NCBI RefSeq assembly: GCF_018350175.1
Contig: NC_058373.1
Span: 113,524,001-113,588,000, forward strand
Origin: Felis catus
Lineage: Eukaryota
Direction of reading: 5' to 3'
Length of the DNA stretch: 64,000 nucleotides
The notes under the pieces were generated by a model. That model was not told the DNA's origin, ran no database searches, and saw only the letters and a list, made by a program, of their open reading frames with translations. The position numbers and the translations under genes were made by a program. Below, in pieces: positions 22,811-35,341 of the stretch (position 1 is the stretch's first letter; each line of letters begins with the position of its first letter).

Positions 22811-23563
22811 TGGTGGAGTATCATAATAAGATACTCCTTTTTGTCTCATTTATGTACATACTATAATTTCTGAAGTCTTATTCTGTTCATTTTAGTCTTT
22901 GTGTCACTAAATCTATTGTGATTAGTGCATTTAACCGTTGCAAAGGAAATACTTTAATTTTGACAGATTGGGCTGCCTTTACATGTTTGATAAAGTGTCC
23001 CCAGGCCCACTGATGTTGCCTGATGATAGATTGTAGACAGTATTGAGGCATTTCTAAATCAGATGCATACCACATGACTTTGTTCTGTAGCTTTTCTGTT
23101 TTTTTTTTTTTTTAATGTAGCTGAATGTAGCCTTAGAAAAATGTGATAACCCAGGGTTTAACTGATCTAAGAATTTAATGGGTGAGATTACACAGGAGTC
23201 ATCACATTTATAACTCATTAATATATTTAATATGCTGGTCTTCATACCTCCTCACAGAAGCAGAAGAGCCTTGAATTTGATATATAGATTTATTAAACTG
23301 TAAACTTTAAGTTGTTAGAAACTATCTGTTTGGTACTATTATATTCCCAGAGTTTATCATAGTATATGGCATACAGTAGGTACTCAGTATCTGTGGAATG
23401 AATGAGTGAATGAATGGTTATAGTTCTATGGCTTGACCACAGTTTATTTGGGCAATTTAATAAAATACTAGTAATTTTTAATGTTATAAATTGCAGAGGC
23501 AAACATTCTTAAACATTGCTGGGTATGAAGTCACATTGATCACATCTGTAAAGGCCCTTTTTC

Positions 23564-23799
23564 TTTTTTTTTTTTTTTTTTTTAATTTTTTTTTTTCAAC
23601 GTTTATTTATTTTTGGGACAGAGAGAGACAGAGCATGAACGGGGGAGGGGCAGAGAGAGAGGGAAACACAGAATCGGAAACAGGCTCCAGGCTCTGAGCC
23701 ATCAGCCCAGAGCCCGATGCGGGGCTCGAACTCACGGACCGCGAGATCGTGACCTGGCTGAAGTCGGACGCTTAACCGACTGCGCCACCCAGGCGCCCC
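23564..23799 (-). mobile_element. Young SINEC_Fc inserted in an MLT1-like LTR fragment
   Basis: Perfect 17-bp TSD TGTAAAGGCCCTTTTTC (23547-23563 / 23800-23816). Confidence 0.95.
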
Positions 23800-24571
23800 T
23801 GTAAAGGCCCTTTTTCAAAATAAGGTAACATTCACAGTTTCCAGGGATTTGATGTGGATATCTTTTGGGGCACCACATCTCAGCCTACCATAGCTACCTT
23901 CAACTATTCTTCACAGACCAACCTTGGTTTGAAATGAAAACTTGAGCATGTCATTCCTTGTTGCTTTCAGTATAGACTCCAGATTTCAACAAGGCTCTTT
24001 CATGATTTGTCTCTTGCTTATTTATCCAGCCTCATCACTTGCCCCACTGTGATCACACACCCATCTTTCAACCATTCTGAATGAACTCTTTATTTTTTGT
24101 GGTTTTTATTAGTTCCCATTTTTTCCCTTTCTTTGTATATTCTGTCTCTTTGGCAGGAACATGCACATTTCCTTTGCTTAACAGCTATTTCACATTTTAG
24201 CTCAGACATCTAGCTTTTGCATGAAGTCTTCCTAGATCACAAAATCTAGATCAGGTCTACTGTTCCTGTGTTTCCACTTTCTCTGTCACAATATCTCTAA
24301 TAATTGTATGGTGACTGTCTGGTTTCCAGTCCTGGTTTCAATTGCTGGGTGACTATACATACTGTGAGGGCAGGGGTTCTGTCTATTCTATCATAGCCCC
24401 ATTGTCTAGCACTGTCTCTGGGCATGGATTGAATATTTGTTTAACAAATAAAAGTTTGAGGAAAAAAGAGATGGGTTTGGGTTCCAGCTGCTAGAAATTG
24501 AAGTTTGGATTTGGTTTCTGTTTTCGAATAAACAGGGATATTGAAAAGATCATTTTCTTTTTCTTGTGTAG

Positions 24572-24688
24572 GCTTATGGGTTAAAGATGCAAACATCTGC
24601 CTCTGTCTCACCAGTGTTCTTAGCTACAACTCTTTCTGCGTTGGATGAAGCCCTGCATGGTGGAGTGGCTTGTGGATCCCTCACAGAG
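24572..24688 (+). CDS. RAD51B: RAD51B exon 4 (117 nt), AYGLKMQTSASVSPVFLATTLSALDEALHGGVACGSLTE
   Basis: Acceptor tgtgtag|GCT and donor GAG|gtaaag; RecA-family LD.L.GG motif. Confidence 0.96.
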
Positions 24689-24974
24689 GTAAAGGAGAAA
24701 CTTTCCAAACCTCCCATAGACCTATAACCTTCAGAGCCAGGGGAAAAAGTTTAGTTGAAAAAACATAAATTATTTTGTACCTCAAGGGCATGGTTCTCCA
24801 CTCAGTACCTAGTACAGTTGCTTTGCAAAAATATAACGTTCGAAACATTCCTTGCTGACCACCTGAAGTCTCCTTAGGTTGCTGTTTCTTCAACTTAGAA
24901 AATGATGAATATTCAACTGAAGTGAGCTATTTTTAGTTTCCACTGTAGATACATTTTGGTTCTGTGATAGGTTG

Positions 24975-25445
24975 TTGTGTTAGTTATGTCTTGTTGCACA
25001 ACAAATTACTTCAAAACTAAGTGGCTTAAAACAATAATTAACCTTTATTATTTCCGTTGATTTGGGAGTGGCTTAGCTCATAGATATCGGTGAGGGATGC
25101 GGTATGTTGAAGTCTTGGTGGGGCTGGAGAATATTTTCAAGGGAGCTCACTCATGTGACTGGGAAGTTGATGGTGGTTGTTGGCAGGTCACAGTTCCTCT
25201 ACAAGTGGTGTCTCCACAGGCTGCTTGAGTTCCTCATTCCATGATGGCTGACTTCCCCTAGGATGAGTAATCCAAAAGAAGGCAAGGTGGAAGTGGTCAT
25301 GCTTTTGATGATTTAGCTGTGGCAGTTACACATCATAAACTTCTGCCACATTCTCTTCCTTAGAAGCAAATCATTAAATACAACTCATGTTCAAGGAAAG
25401 AGAAATTTGACTCTACCTTTTGAAAGAAGTGTCAAGAATTCGAGG
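24975..25445. mobile_element. MaLR (MLT1-type) solo LTR
   Basis: acaacaaattacttcaaaactaagtggcttaaaacaata...gctcactcatgtgactgg...cttctgccacattct. Confidence 0.7.
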
Positions 25446-25447
25446 AC

Positions 25448-26110
25448 TTTTTTTTTAATTGAATAAGTGTGACATGTAACATTGTGTAACTTTAAGGTTT
25501 TCATCGTATTTAATACATTTATATATTATAATATGATTGCTGATACAGCAGTATTTACAACATTACATAATTATAGTACAATGTTATTGTCTATATTCGT
25601 TATACTGTGCATTAGATCTCTATGGGTTATTTACTACTCATTACAAGTTTGTGCCCTTAAACACCATCACTCTTATCTTCCCACTGCCTCCCCCTGTTAA
25701 CCACCATTTTACTCTGTTTTTTTTTTTTTTTTTTTTACAGGTTTAACTTTTTTAGATTCCACATGTAACTGATATATAGTATGTTTCTTTCTCTGACTTA
25801 CCTCGCTTGGTATAATGTACTCAGTGTTCATCCATGTTGTTGCAAATGGGAGGATATCTTCCTTCTCTGTGGCTGAATAATATTCCATTGTGTATATATG
25901 CTGCACTTTTAAATCCATTCATCTGTTAACGGGCATTTAGATTGTTTCTGTATCTTGGCTATTGAGAATTCTGCTGTGATAAACATTGGAGTGCAGATAT
26001 CTTGATGAAATACTGTTTTCATTTCTTTTGGGTATATATCCAGAAGTGGAATTGCTGAGTTGTATGTGGATCTAGTTTTAATTTTTTGAGGAACCTCTAT
26101 ATTTTCCATA
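25448..26110 (-). mobile_element. L1 3' fragment (diverged)
   Basis: ORF2 tail remnants TMEYYSATEKEDILPFATTWM and PMFITAEFSIAKIQKQSKCP. Confidence 0.88.
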
Positions 26111-26440
26111 GTGAGACTGGAGACTTTCCCAAACCACCACAGTTCTTTTACTTGCAAGCTGCATTGGTGTGGTGAGTTGATGGACTTACCAGGATGCTCT
26201 GGAGGAACTTCTTGCTTAAGAGTTCTAGGGGCACAGATACTTTACACAAACTTCTAAGCAAGAGCAGACTCTTAACATTCTGATAGTCATAAATTTAACT
26301 GTATATATATATATATATATTTGAAGACGGGGACTCTGTTTTAGATACTATACCTTATTTTATGCCCTGTATTCTGAGAAAGATTTAAAAATGTGTGTGT
26401 GCTATACTTGGTAGGTGCCTATTAGATAATTGGTGAATGG

Positions 26441-27070
26441 ACCCTCTTGCACTGTTGGTGGGAATGCAAACTGGTGCAGCCACTCTGGAAAACAGTGTGG
26501 AGTTTCTTCAAAAAATTAAAAATAGATCTATCCTATGACCCAGCAATAGCACTGCTAGGAATTTACCCAAGGGATGCAGGAGTGCTGATGCATAGGAGCA
26601 CTTGTATCCCAATGTTTATAGCAGCACTTTCAACAGTAGCCAAATTCTGGAAAGAGCCTAAATGTCCATCAACTGATGAATGGATAAAGAAATTGTGGTT
26701 TATAAACACAATGGAATACTACTTGGCAATGAGAAAGAATGAAATATGGCCTTTTGTAGCAATGTGGATGGAACTGGAGAATGTTATGCTAAGTAAAATA
26801 AGTCATACAGAGAAGGACAGATACCATATGTTTTCACTTTTATGTGGATCCTGAGAAACTTAAGACCATGGGGGAGGGGAAGGAAAAAAAAGAGAGGGAG
26901 GGAAGCAAACCATAAGAGAGTCTTAAAAACTGAGAATAAACTGAGGGTTGATGGGGGGTGGAAGGGAGGGGAGGGGGGGTGATGGGCATTGAGGAGGGCA
27001 CCTGTTGGGTTGAGCACTGGGTGTTGTATGGAAACCAATTTGACAATAAATTTCATATTAAAAAAAAAAA
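26441..27070 (+). mobile_element. 5'-truncated felid L1 (ORF2 C-terminus, 3'UTR, polyA)
   Basis: ORF 26447..26854 [17 protein letters not shown]...YHMFSLLCGS; G-rich 3'UTR, AATAAA and A tail. Confidence 0.95.
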
Positions 27071-28077
27071 GAGAAAACAAGTACCTGCTGTTGTAGGGTC
27101 CTGCCACCAGATGGTGCCATAATCCTACTATTGTACCTAATCTTTATGCACTCTAGCTGGTCCTCTGCTCAAATGAGTTTATAACAACAGTATTCCACAG
27201 TTATAAACATACTAAATAGCAAAAACTGAGCTTAAGAAAGATTAGCCCACAGATACTTTATCTTTTTTAAGTTTTAGAATAATTGTTAATGCATTTTCAT
27301 TTGGCTTTTGTCAGTTCTTTCTGAATCCAAGGGGTAGTTAAAAACCATTTTGTCATGATCTGCTTGGCTGACTTGGAGCATAAATACTCAGACTGCTTAT
27401 TAGGGGCAAGTTCTATATTTTCTGTTTCAGTTACAGGTAGCCTCTTCAGTTATTTTGGGTTTTTTTCCCACTGAGTACAGAGTATTTCTGTTTACCTTTT
27501 ATTAACAAAATTTTAATGTGTATTTTATGTATATAGGAGGAAATATATCCTGCATGTGTAGGTTATGAAGCCTTATGACCCTATGACTTAATAAGAACCA
27601 GAACAATGCTGACACTATTGAAGCCAACTGTGGGCTTCTCCCTGATCCTATCTTTGGCCTTCTATTGACACATAATCTTTATCTTGAGTTTTTACCATTC
27701 CTATAATTTTTTCCTTATAGTTTTCTTTTACTGGATGTACACTTAAATACGAGATATAAAAACAGTTTATTTAGTTTTATTTTTGAGCTCTATTAAATCA
27801 TATATCTGTGATTAAATCCTATCATATTCTATGAATTACTTTTTTCATTTAATGGTGTTTCTTAGATTTATCCATGTTGTTTCAGGTAGCAAGAGCATAA
27901 TTCATTTTCACTGCTGTGTTATATTCCATTTTGAAAATAGGCCCCAATGTATTTATCTTTTTTCCTGTTAGTGAACATTTGGGTTGTTTACAGTTTGGTG
28001 CTAATAGAAACAAATCCTATGAAAATTGTTGTACATGTCTCCTGGATTGCATGTACAGGTATTTCTTTCTCTAGGGC

Positions 28078-28277
28078 AGGAAGTGGTAAACTACTGCCCA
28101 GTGATCAAATCTATCTTGATGTCTGTTTTTATAAATAAAGTTTTATTGTAATACGGCTATGCTCATTTGTTTATGTTTTGTCTGTGGCTGTTTGCTTGAT
28201 AGAAAGCAGAGTTGCATTATGTGTGGCAAAGATCTGATGATCTGCAAAGCCTAAAATTTTTAATATCAAGCCCCTGT
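28078..28277. mobile_element. MER58-like hAT element within old L1 sequence (~27500-28520)
   Basis: tgtttttataaataaagttttattgtaatacggctatgctcatttgttta...caaagcctaaaat. Confidence 0.7.
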
Positions 28278-28524
28278 CTAGGGTATCTATGTTGGAGTGA
28301 TTTTCTGGTAATAGGGTATGTGCATAATGTAACTTCGCAGAATCAGGACAAATTGTTTTCCAGAGTGGTTGTACCTAAACAGGTATATTCCTACCAGTGA
28401 TGTGTAGGAATTCTTGCTCCATATCTTCTTGCCTTGGTATTATCAGACTTTAAAACTCATGCCCATCTTTGGCATCTGTGATCTTAGTTTTCATTTTCCT
28501 GATTACTAATGAGCTTGAATATCT

Positions 28525-29456
28525 TTTTTGTTTTAAGTTTGTTTATTTATTTTGAGAGAGACAGAGACAGCACTAGTGGGGGAGGGACAGAGAGAGGGAG
28601 AGAGAGGATCCCAAGCAGGCTCTGTGTTGCTAGCGTAGAGCCCAACGTGGGGCTCAAACTCATGAAACTGAGATCATGACCTGAGCTGAAACCAAGAGTT
28701 GGACGCTTCACTGACTGAGTCACCCAGGCGCCCTGAATATATTTTCATAAATCGTTTGGTTACGGTATTTTATTTTTTCAAGATTTTAAACAAGTAATCT
28801 CTATACCCAATGTGGGGCTTGAACTTACAACCCCAAGGTGAAGAATCTCATGCTCCACTGAAGGAGCCAGTCAGGCACCCCTCATTTGATTATTTTAAAG
28901 AACAATTTTATTAAGGCACAATTTAAATGCTATAAAAATTCAACCATTTTAAATTGTATAATTCATCTAATTTGCTAACTTCATAATAAATCATCACCAC
29001 AATATCATTAGAACATTTCTGTCATTGTAAAAATTTCCCTCATGCATATGTATAGGTTAATTCCTGCTTCCATTCTCAGTCCTGGGCACCCACTGATCAA
29101 TTTTCTATCTCTATATATTTGCCTTTTCTAAACATTTCATACAAGTGGAATCATATGTAGTCTTTTGTGTTTGGTTTCTTTCACATAGCATGATGTTTTT
29201 TTTTTAATTTTTTTTCTTTAATTTTTTTTTAATGTTCATTTATTTTTGAAAGAGACAGAGACAGAGTGTGAGCAGGGAAGGGGCAGAGAGAGAGGGAGAT
29301 ACAGAATCCAAAGCAGGTTCCAGGCTCTGAGCTGTCAGCACAGAGCCTGACGCGGGGCTTGAACTCATGAACCACGAGATCATGACCTGAGCTGAAGTTG
29401 GATGCTCAACCGACTGAGCCACCCTGGCGCCCCCTTTTTTTAACTTTTTTAATTTT

Positions 29457-29490
<34 letters not shown>

Positions 29491-30587
29491 CAGAGAGACA
29501 GAGAGAATGAGAAAGAGAAAGTACAAGCTGGGGAGGAGCAGAGAGAGGGAGACAGAGGATCCCAAGCCGGATCTGCACTGACAGCCAAGAGCCCTGTGTG
29601 GGGCTCAACGAACCGTGAGATCATTACCTGAGCTGAAGTTGGATGCTTAACTGACTGAGTCACCCAGGCTCTGCTAGCATGATATTTTTGAGGTTCATCC
29701 ACGTTATAGGATATATTAGTAGTTTGTTCCTTTAAATTGTTGAGTTGTATTCCATTGTATGGCTATAGCACATTTTGTTTATCCATTCATCAGTTGATGG
29801 ACACTAGGATTGTTTCCATATTCATCTCTCAGGAATAATGCTGCTATGAATGTTCATGGATATGTCTTTGTGTGAACATAGGTTTTTGTTTCTTTTGGGT
29901 AGATTCCTAGAAGTGGAGTGGCTAGATCATATGAAAGGTGTATGTTTAACTTTTTAATGAAAACTGCCAGACTGCTTTCCAAAGTGGCTGTACCATTTCA
30001 CATTCTCACTAGCAATGCATGATGGTTTGTTTCTCCACATCCTCACTAACACCTAGTATTGTTTATCTTCTTGATTATAGCTATTCTCATGAGTGTGTAG
30101 TGGTATTTCATTGTAGTTATTTTTCTATCCACTTGGGGGCCACAGGGAGCCCTATGTTGCCAATTTCATTGTAGGTTTTTTTTTTTTTTTAAAGTTTATT
30201 TGTTTTTGAAGGAGAGAGAGACAGAGCGTGAGAGGGAGAGGAGCAGAGAGAGAGGGGGACACAGAATCCAAAGGAGGTTCCAGGCTCTGGGCTGTCAGCA
30301 CAGAGCCCGATGCGGAGCTTGAACCCACAAGCTGTGAGATCATGAACTGAGCTGAAGTCGCATGCCCAACCTACTGAACCATCCAGGCGCCCCTCATTGT
30401 AGTTTTAATTGCATTTCCCTAATGACTAGTGATATTGAACACCTATTCGTATGTTCATTTGTAAATTTCTTAAGTGAAATGTCTATTCACATCTTTTGCC
30501 TAGTTTTTAATTGGTTGGTTGTTTTCTTGTTATTGAGTTTTTTTTTTTTTTTTTTAGTTTTTTTTTTCAACTTTTATTTATTTTTGG

Positions 30588-30625
<38 letters not shown>

Positions 30626-31778
30626 ATGAACGGGGGAGGGGCAGAGAGAGAGGGAGACACAGAATCGGAAACAGGCTCCAGGCTCTGGGCCATCAGCCCA
30701 GAGCCCGATGCGGGGCTCGAACTCACGGACCGTGAGATCGTGACCTGGCTGAAGTCGGACGCTTAATCGACTGCGCCACCCAGGCGCCCCTTGTTATTGA
30801 GTTGTAAGCATTCTTTATATATTCTGGATGCAAGTCCTTTATCAGATGCATGATTTGCAGTTATTGTCTTCTAGTCTGTGGTTTCTCTGTTCATTGGTCT
30901 GTTCATGGTAGCTTTTGGAGGTTTTAGTTTTGCTGTAGTCCTGTTTCTCAATTTTTTTCTTTTATAGATTGTGCTTTTGATGTCATTTCTACAAATTCTT
31001 TGTCCAGCCAAGGACATAGAGATTTTTGCTGTGGTTTCTTCTAAAGTTTTGTAGTTTTAGGTTTTACATTTAGTTTATGATCTAGTTTGAGTTAATTTTT
31101 GTGTGATTTTGAGTTACTTGGTGGAATTGTGTAATATTTCTTTTTAATATTTTATAATAGTTTGTATAAATTAGAATTTTTGTTTCTTGAAAATTTGATA
31201 AAACTTGCCTGAAAAATTGTCTGATCTTGGTATTTTCCTTGTGGGAAGATTTAAAAATGAAATAAATTCCTTTAATGATGTATAGGACTATTCTCCCTGA
31301 GTAGTTTTGGTGAATATTTTTAGGAATATGCCCATTTTCTTAAATTTTTTAAATTTATTGTTATAAAGTTAATCACTATATTCTCCCTGTCTTTAAATCT
31401 GGTTTTATTTGTAATTTTATTCCCCTTTTCATTCCTAATATTACTTACTTTGTCTTCTTTCTCCCTTTCTTTTTGAAAAGTCTGGTCAAAGTTTTGAATA
31501 TTTTTATAGTCTTTTCAAAGGACTGTGCTTTTTGTTCTTTGTTGGTCCTCTTGTCCTCTCTTTTTTTTTTTTGTCTTCTACTTCAATGATTTCTGTTATT
31601 TTATTATCTCTTTTCTAATTGCATTTTTTCTGGGATTATTTCAACCTCCCCAACTTCTTGCTCATTTAACCCATTAATTTTCAGTTTTTCTTTATTTTAC
31701 TCTTAGCTTGTAGTCTATGAATATCCAGTGCTTCATTTTTTTAATATAAAGTATTTTCATTTTTATTTAGTTCTAATT

Positions 31779-31819
<41 letters not shown>

Positions 31820-33100
31820 TGAGAGAGAGAGAGAGCAGCGGTGGGGGGGGGGGGGGTGGTCAGAGAGAGAGGGAGACAGAATCCCAAGCAGGCTCCGCAT
31901 TGTCAGCACAGAGCCTGATGCAAGGCTCAAAGTCAAGAACTATGAGATTGTGACATGAGCCAAAATCAAGAGTCAGATGCTGAGCCTACTGAACTACCTG
32001 GGTGTCCCTAGTTCTAATGGTTTTTTAAAATTTCCATTATGATTGCTTCTTTCATGAATTATTTGGAATTTTTAAATACCTAAATTATTAAAAAAATTAT
32101 CTTTTAAAAAAATGTTTTTGTTTTTAAATGTTTATTTATTTTGAGAGAGAGAGAGGATCTGAAGCGGGCTCCAGGCTCTGAGCTGTCACACAGAGCCTGA
32201 TGTGGGGCTTGAACCTACAAACTGTGAGATCATGACCTGAACAAAAGTCACATCTTAACCAATTGAGCCACCCAGGTGCCCCTATTCTCTGAAGTTTTCT
32301 GAAACTTGCTTTAAGGTTTAATGTAGAATCAGTTTTTATATATGTTCTAGGTGTGATTGAGAAGAATTATTATTCTCTAAAATTCAATGCTCTGCATATG
32401 AGCATTAAATTAAGCTTGTTATTTGGGTTGTTCAAATCTTTATCTTTACTGATTTTTTTTCCTCAGCCTGACCTAATAGTAATTTACAGAAGGTTGTTAA
32501 AATAGTCTATTATATTGTTGCATTGACAAATTTACCTGTAGTTCTATTTTTTTTTACTTACTGTATTTTGAATCTATTTTATTATGTTTAACATAACACA
32601 TTTAGAATTGTCATGTTTCTAGAGAACTGAGTCATGTACTATGGTTCTTCTATGTGGCACTTGTCACTGTTACAGTTGTAGTATGTGTATGATTAGTTAG
32701 TACATGTCTTCCTCATTGGAGAATACATTCCAAGTGGGCAGGGATTATGTCTTTTTATTTTTATTGTTACATTCACAATATTAGTATATGTAGAAGGTTC
32801 TTAGTAAATATTATTTGAGAGAATGAATTTATTTTCAGTTATTTATTTTTTAACTCTCATACAGTGCTTTTGTACTATAATGCTTTAGTTCCTGGTATCT
32901 CTTTTTTTTTTTTGACACCCTTTTTGTTTTGTTTTTGTTTTTTTTTTTTTTTTGAGAGAGTGAGCATGAGTGGGGGAGGCCAGAGGGAGAGAGAGAGAAT
33001 CTCAAGCAAGCCTGGTGCTGCTTGATCTTATGAGTGAGATCATGACCTGAGCCAAAATCAAGAGTCAGACACTTAATTGACTGAGCTGCCTAGGAACCCT
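28525..33100 (-). mobile_element. Old antisense L1M fragments interrupted by about nine antisense SINECs, including young SINEC_Fc 30540-30790
   Basis: L1 motifs ttatccattcatcagttgatggaca and ttttccaaagtggctgtacc-like; SINE TSD TTGTTATTGAGTT (30527-30539 / 30791-30803). Confidence 0.85.
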
Positions 33101-33369
33101 TCCTATTTCTTTTATACTCTCTCCTTGAATCTTGGAATAAGCCAAACTTTAGGAATTTTTAATGTTATTGCTATTCTAAGGTGCAGTATTTATTTTCATT
33201 TGTATCCCATTAAAAAATTATTAAAATAGTAATTTAAAGAATATATTTCTACTTAATTGATCTTTTATTAATGAACATAAGTGATTCTTTCATTTTAGGA
33301 GTTTTTTTTCTTCTGTATTTTTAAAGTTATATATCTCTAATATCTGTATATCTGCATTGTATACTTAAA

Positions 33370-33895
33370 AATTTGTTATATATCGCTGTTTAAGAAATCA
33401 TTCTAAAGTATAGTGGCTAGAAACAACAGGAAATATTTATTATCTCTCAGTTTCTGTGAGTCAGGATTTCAGGAGCATATTAGCTAGTTTTCTGGTTATG
33501 GTCTCATGAGATTATGGTCAAGGTATTGACAAGGCTGCAGTCATCAGAAAGCCTGACTGGAGTTGGAGGAGATGCTTCCAAGATGGCTCACTTGTGTGGC
33601 TAGTAAGTTGGTCCTGTCTGTTGGCAGGAAGGCTCAGTTACTGGCCACCTGGACCTCTCCACAGGACTGCTTGACTCTCTTCGTGACATGGCAGCTGACT
33701 TTCCCTAGAGTAAGTGATCTTAGAGAACAAAGTAGAAATGGCAATGTCTTTATGACCTAGCTTTGGAAGTTACATAGCATTACTTCTCCTGTATTCTCTT
33801 ACACAGATATGCCTGTTGTAGTGTGGGAGGGGACTAGAAGGGCGTGAATACCAGAGTGAGATCTCTGAATCTTTCTTAGGGCCTGGCTACCACTA
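33370..33895. mobile_element. MaLR (MLT1-type) LTR
   Basis: tttattatctctcagtttctgtgagtcagga...gcttccaagatggctcac...ggctaccac. Confidence 0.72.
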
Positions 33896-34011
33896 TTTAT
33901 GTGTGTTTATATATGTATGTATTTGTGTGTGTGTGTGTGCACGTGTGTGTGTGTGTGTATGTGTAAGTTTTAAAAAACTTAAAATTATTACCACTCCGTT
34001 CTCATAGACTT

Positions 34012-34500
34012 TGTGATAGGCAGAATTTCTAAAATGGCCTTCCAAAGATGCTCTGTCATAATCCCTGGAACCTGTGAATATGATGAGCTATTATTCCCAT
34101 TATTATGGTATGTTATATGACACAGTTGACTTTAAGAGAGGGAGATTATCATGATCTACTTCCATGGGCCCTTGAAAACTGAGCTTTCTCTGACTAAAGA
34201 AGAAGGAGAAACCAGAAATATTCAAAACATGAAAGTAGAAGGGGCCATGTGAGAAGGGATGTAGGTGGCCTCTAGAAGCGTTGAGTAGCCCTCAGATGAC
34301 AGCCAGCAAGGAAGCAGGCTGCAGTGTAGTGGATTTCGCTCAGCTGACACCTTGATTTTGGCTCTGTGAGACTGAGCAGAGAGCCCAGTCAGGCCCGTCT
34401 GGACTGACTGCTAACCTACAGAAGTGTGAGATAAGAAACCACTGTTGTTTTTAGGCTGTGAAGTTTGTGGTAATTTGTTACATAGCAATAGAGCACTAAT
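34012..34500. mobile_element. MaLR (MLT1-type) LTR, opposite orientation to the preceding one
   Basis: tgtgataggcagaatttctaaaatggcc...aagtttgtggtaatttgttacatagcaatag. Confidence 0.78.
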
Positions 34501-35106
34501 GTGGTATCTATGGAGGTGTCTAATTGCATTGCACAATCTTTGTTTTTGGTGAAAAGGTCAAACCTAGAGTTGTGGACATTAGGTAGAAGGTAGATCTGGT
34601 GGAGGTGAGACAGAGGTAAGGTAACTGGTAGAATAAACTTAGATGAGGCCTGGAGACGATTGAGAGAGTACGAATAAGTCTGGAAACGTTCTGCTGGCAT
34701 TTTTATAGCTGCTCTTTCCTGACTCTAACTTCAGAATTCCCTGATTTCTTTATCCCCAATTTTGATTTCTGTGAACTTCACTGAATCTGCGTATATGCAG
34801 TTATAGCACCAAGATCAAAAGTGGTACTAGAGAAGCACTACTTATGCCAAAAGCAGAAGCCACAGAAGAGGAATCAAAGAGAAACCAACACTGCTGAATC
34901 ATGGATGGAACTGAACTACAGGGCTTTGTCCCATTCCCTGAGAACATCAAACTCCTTACTTGTGGAGTTTATAAGCAGACAATTCTGCATCTGTTATTAC
35001 TGACCGTTGGTAGTAAAGATATGTTTGAAATTTAAGATTAAAAGTTTACATTATGTGGAGGTCAAACCACATGGAGCTTTCTCATAGGGGATAATATAGA
35101 TTAAAT

Positions 35107-35341
35107 CAGTGTTTCTCAATCTTGTTTTCATTTTCTCCCCTAAGGAGCTTTTTAGACACTGCCTTTTTCTAATGAAGTCTTCCTTCCCCATGAGATTTTA
35201 ATGCCACAGATATACTGTCTACCTGTTTATACATACTGTGTATGTCTGTGTTTTATACATTAAAAGCATAAAATCTCCCCCCTGTCCCATCAAAGCTAGG
35301 TTTCACCCTTGGGGTCAAGATGACCCCTGCTGAGAATGCAT
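35107..35341. mobile_element. Short hAT-Charlie-type element
   Basis: Imperfect terminal inverted repeats CAGTGTTTCTCAA...TGAGAATGCAT. Confidence 0.6.
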
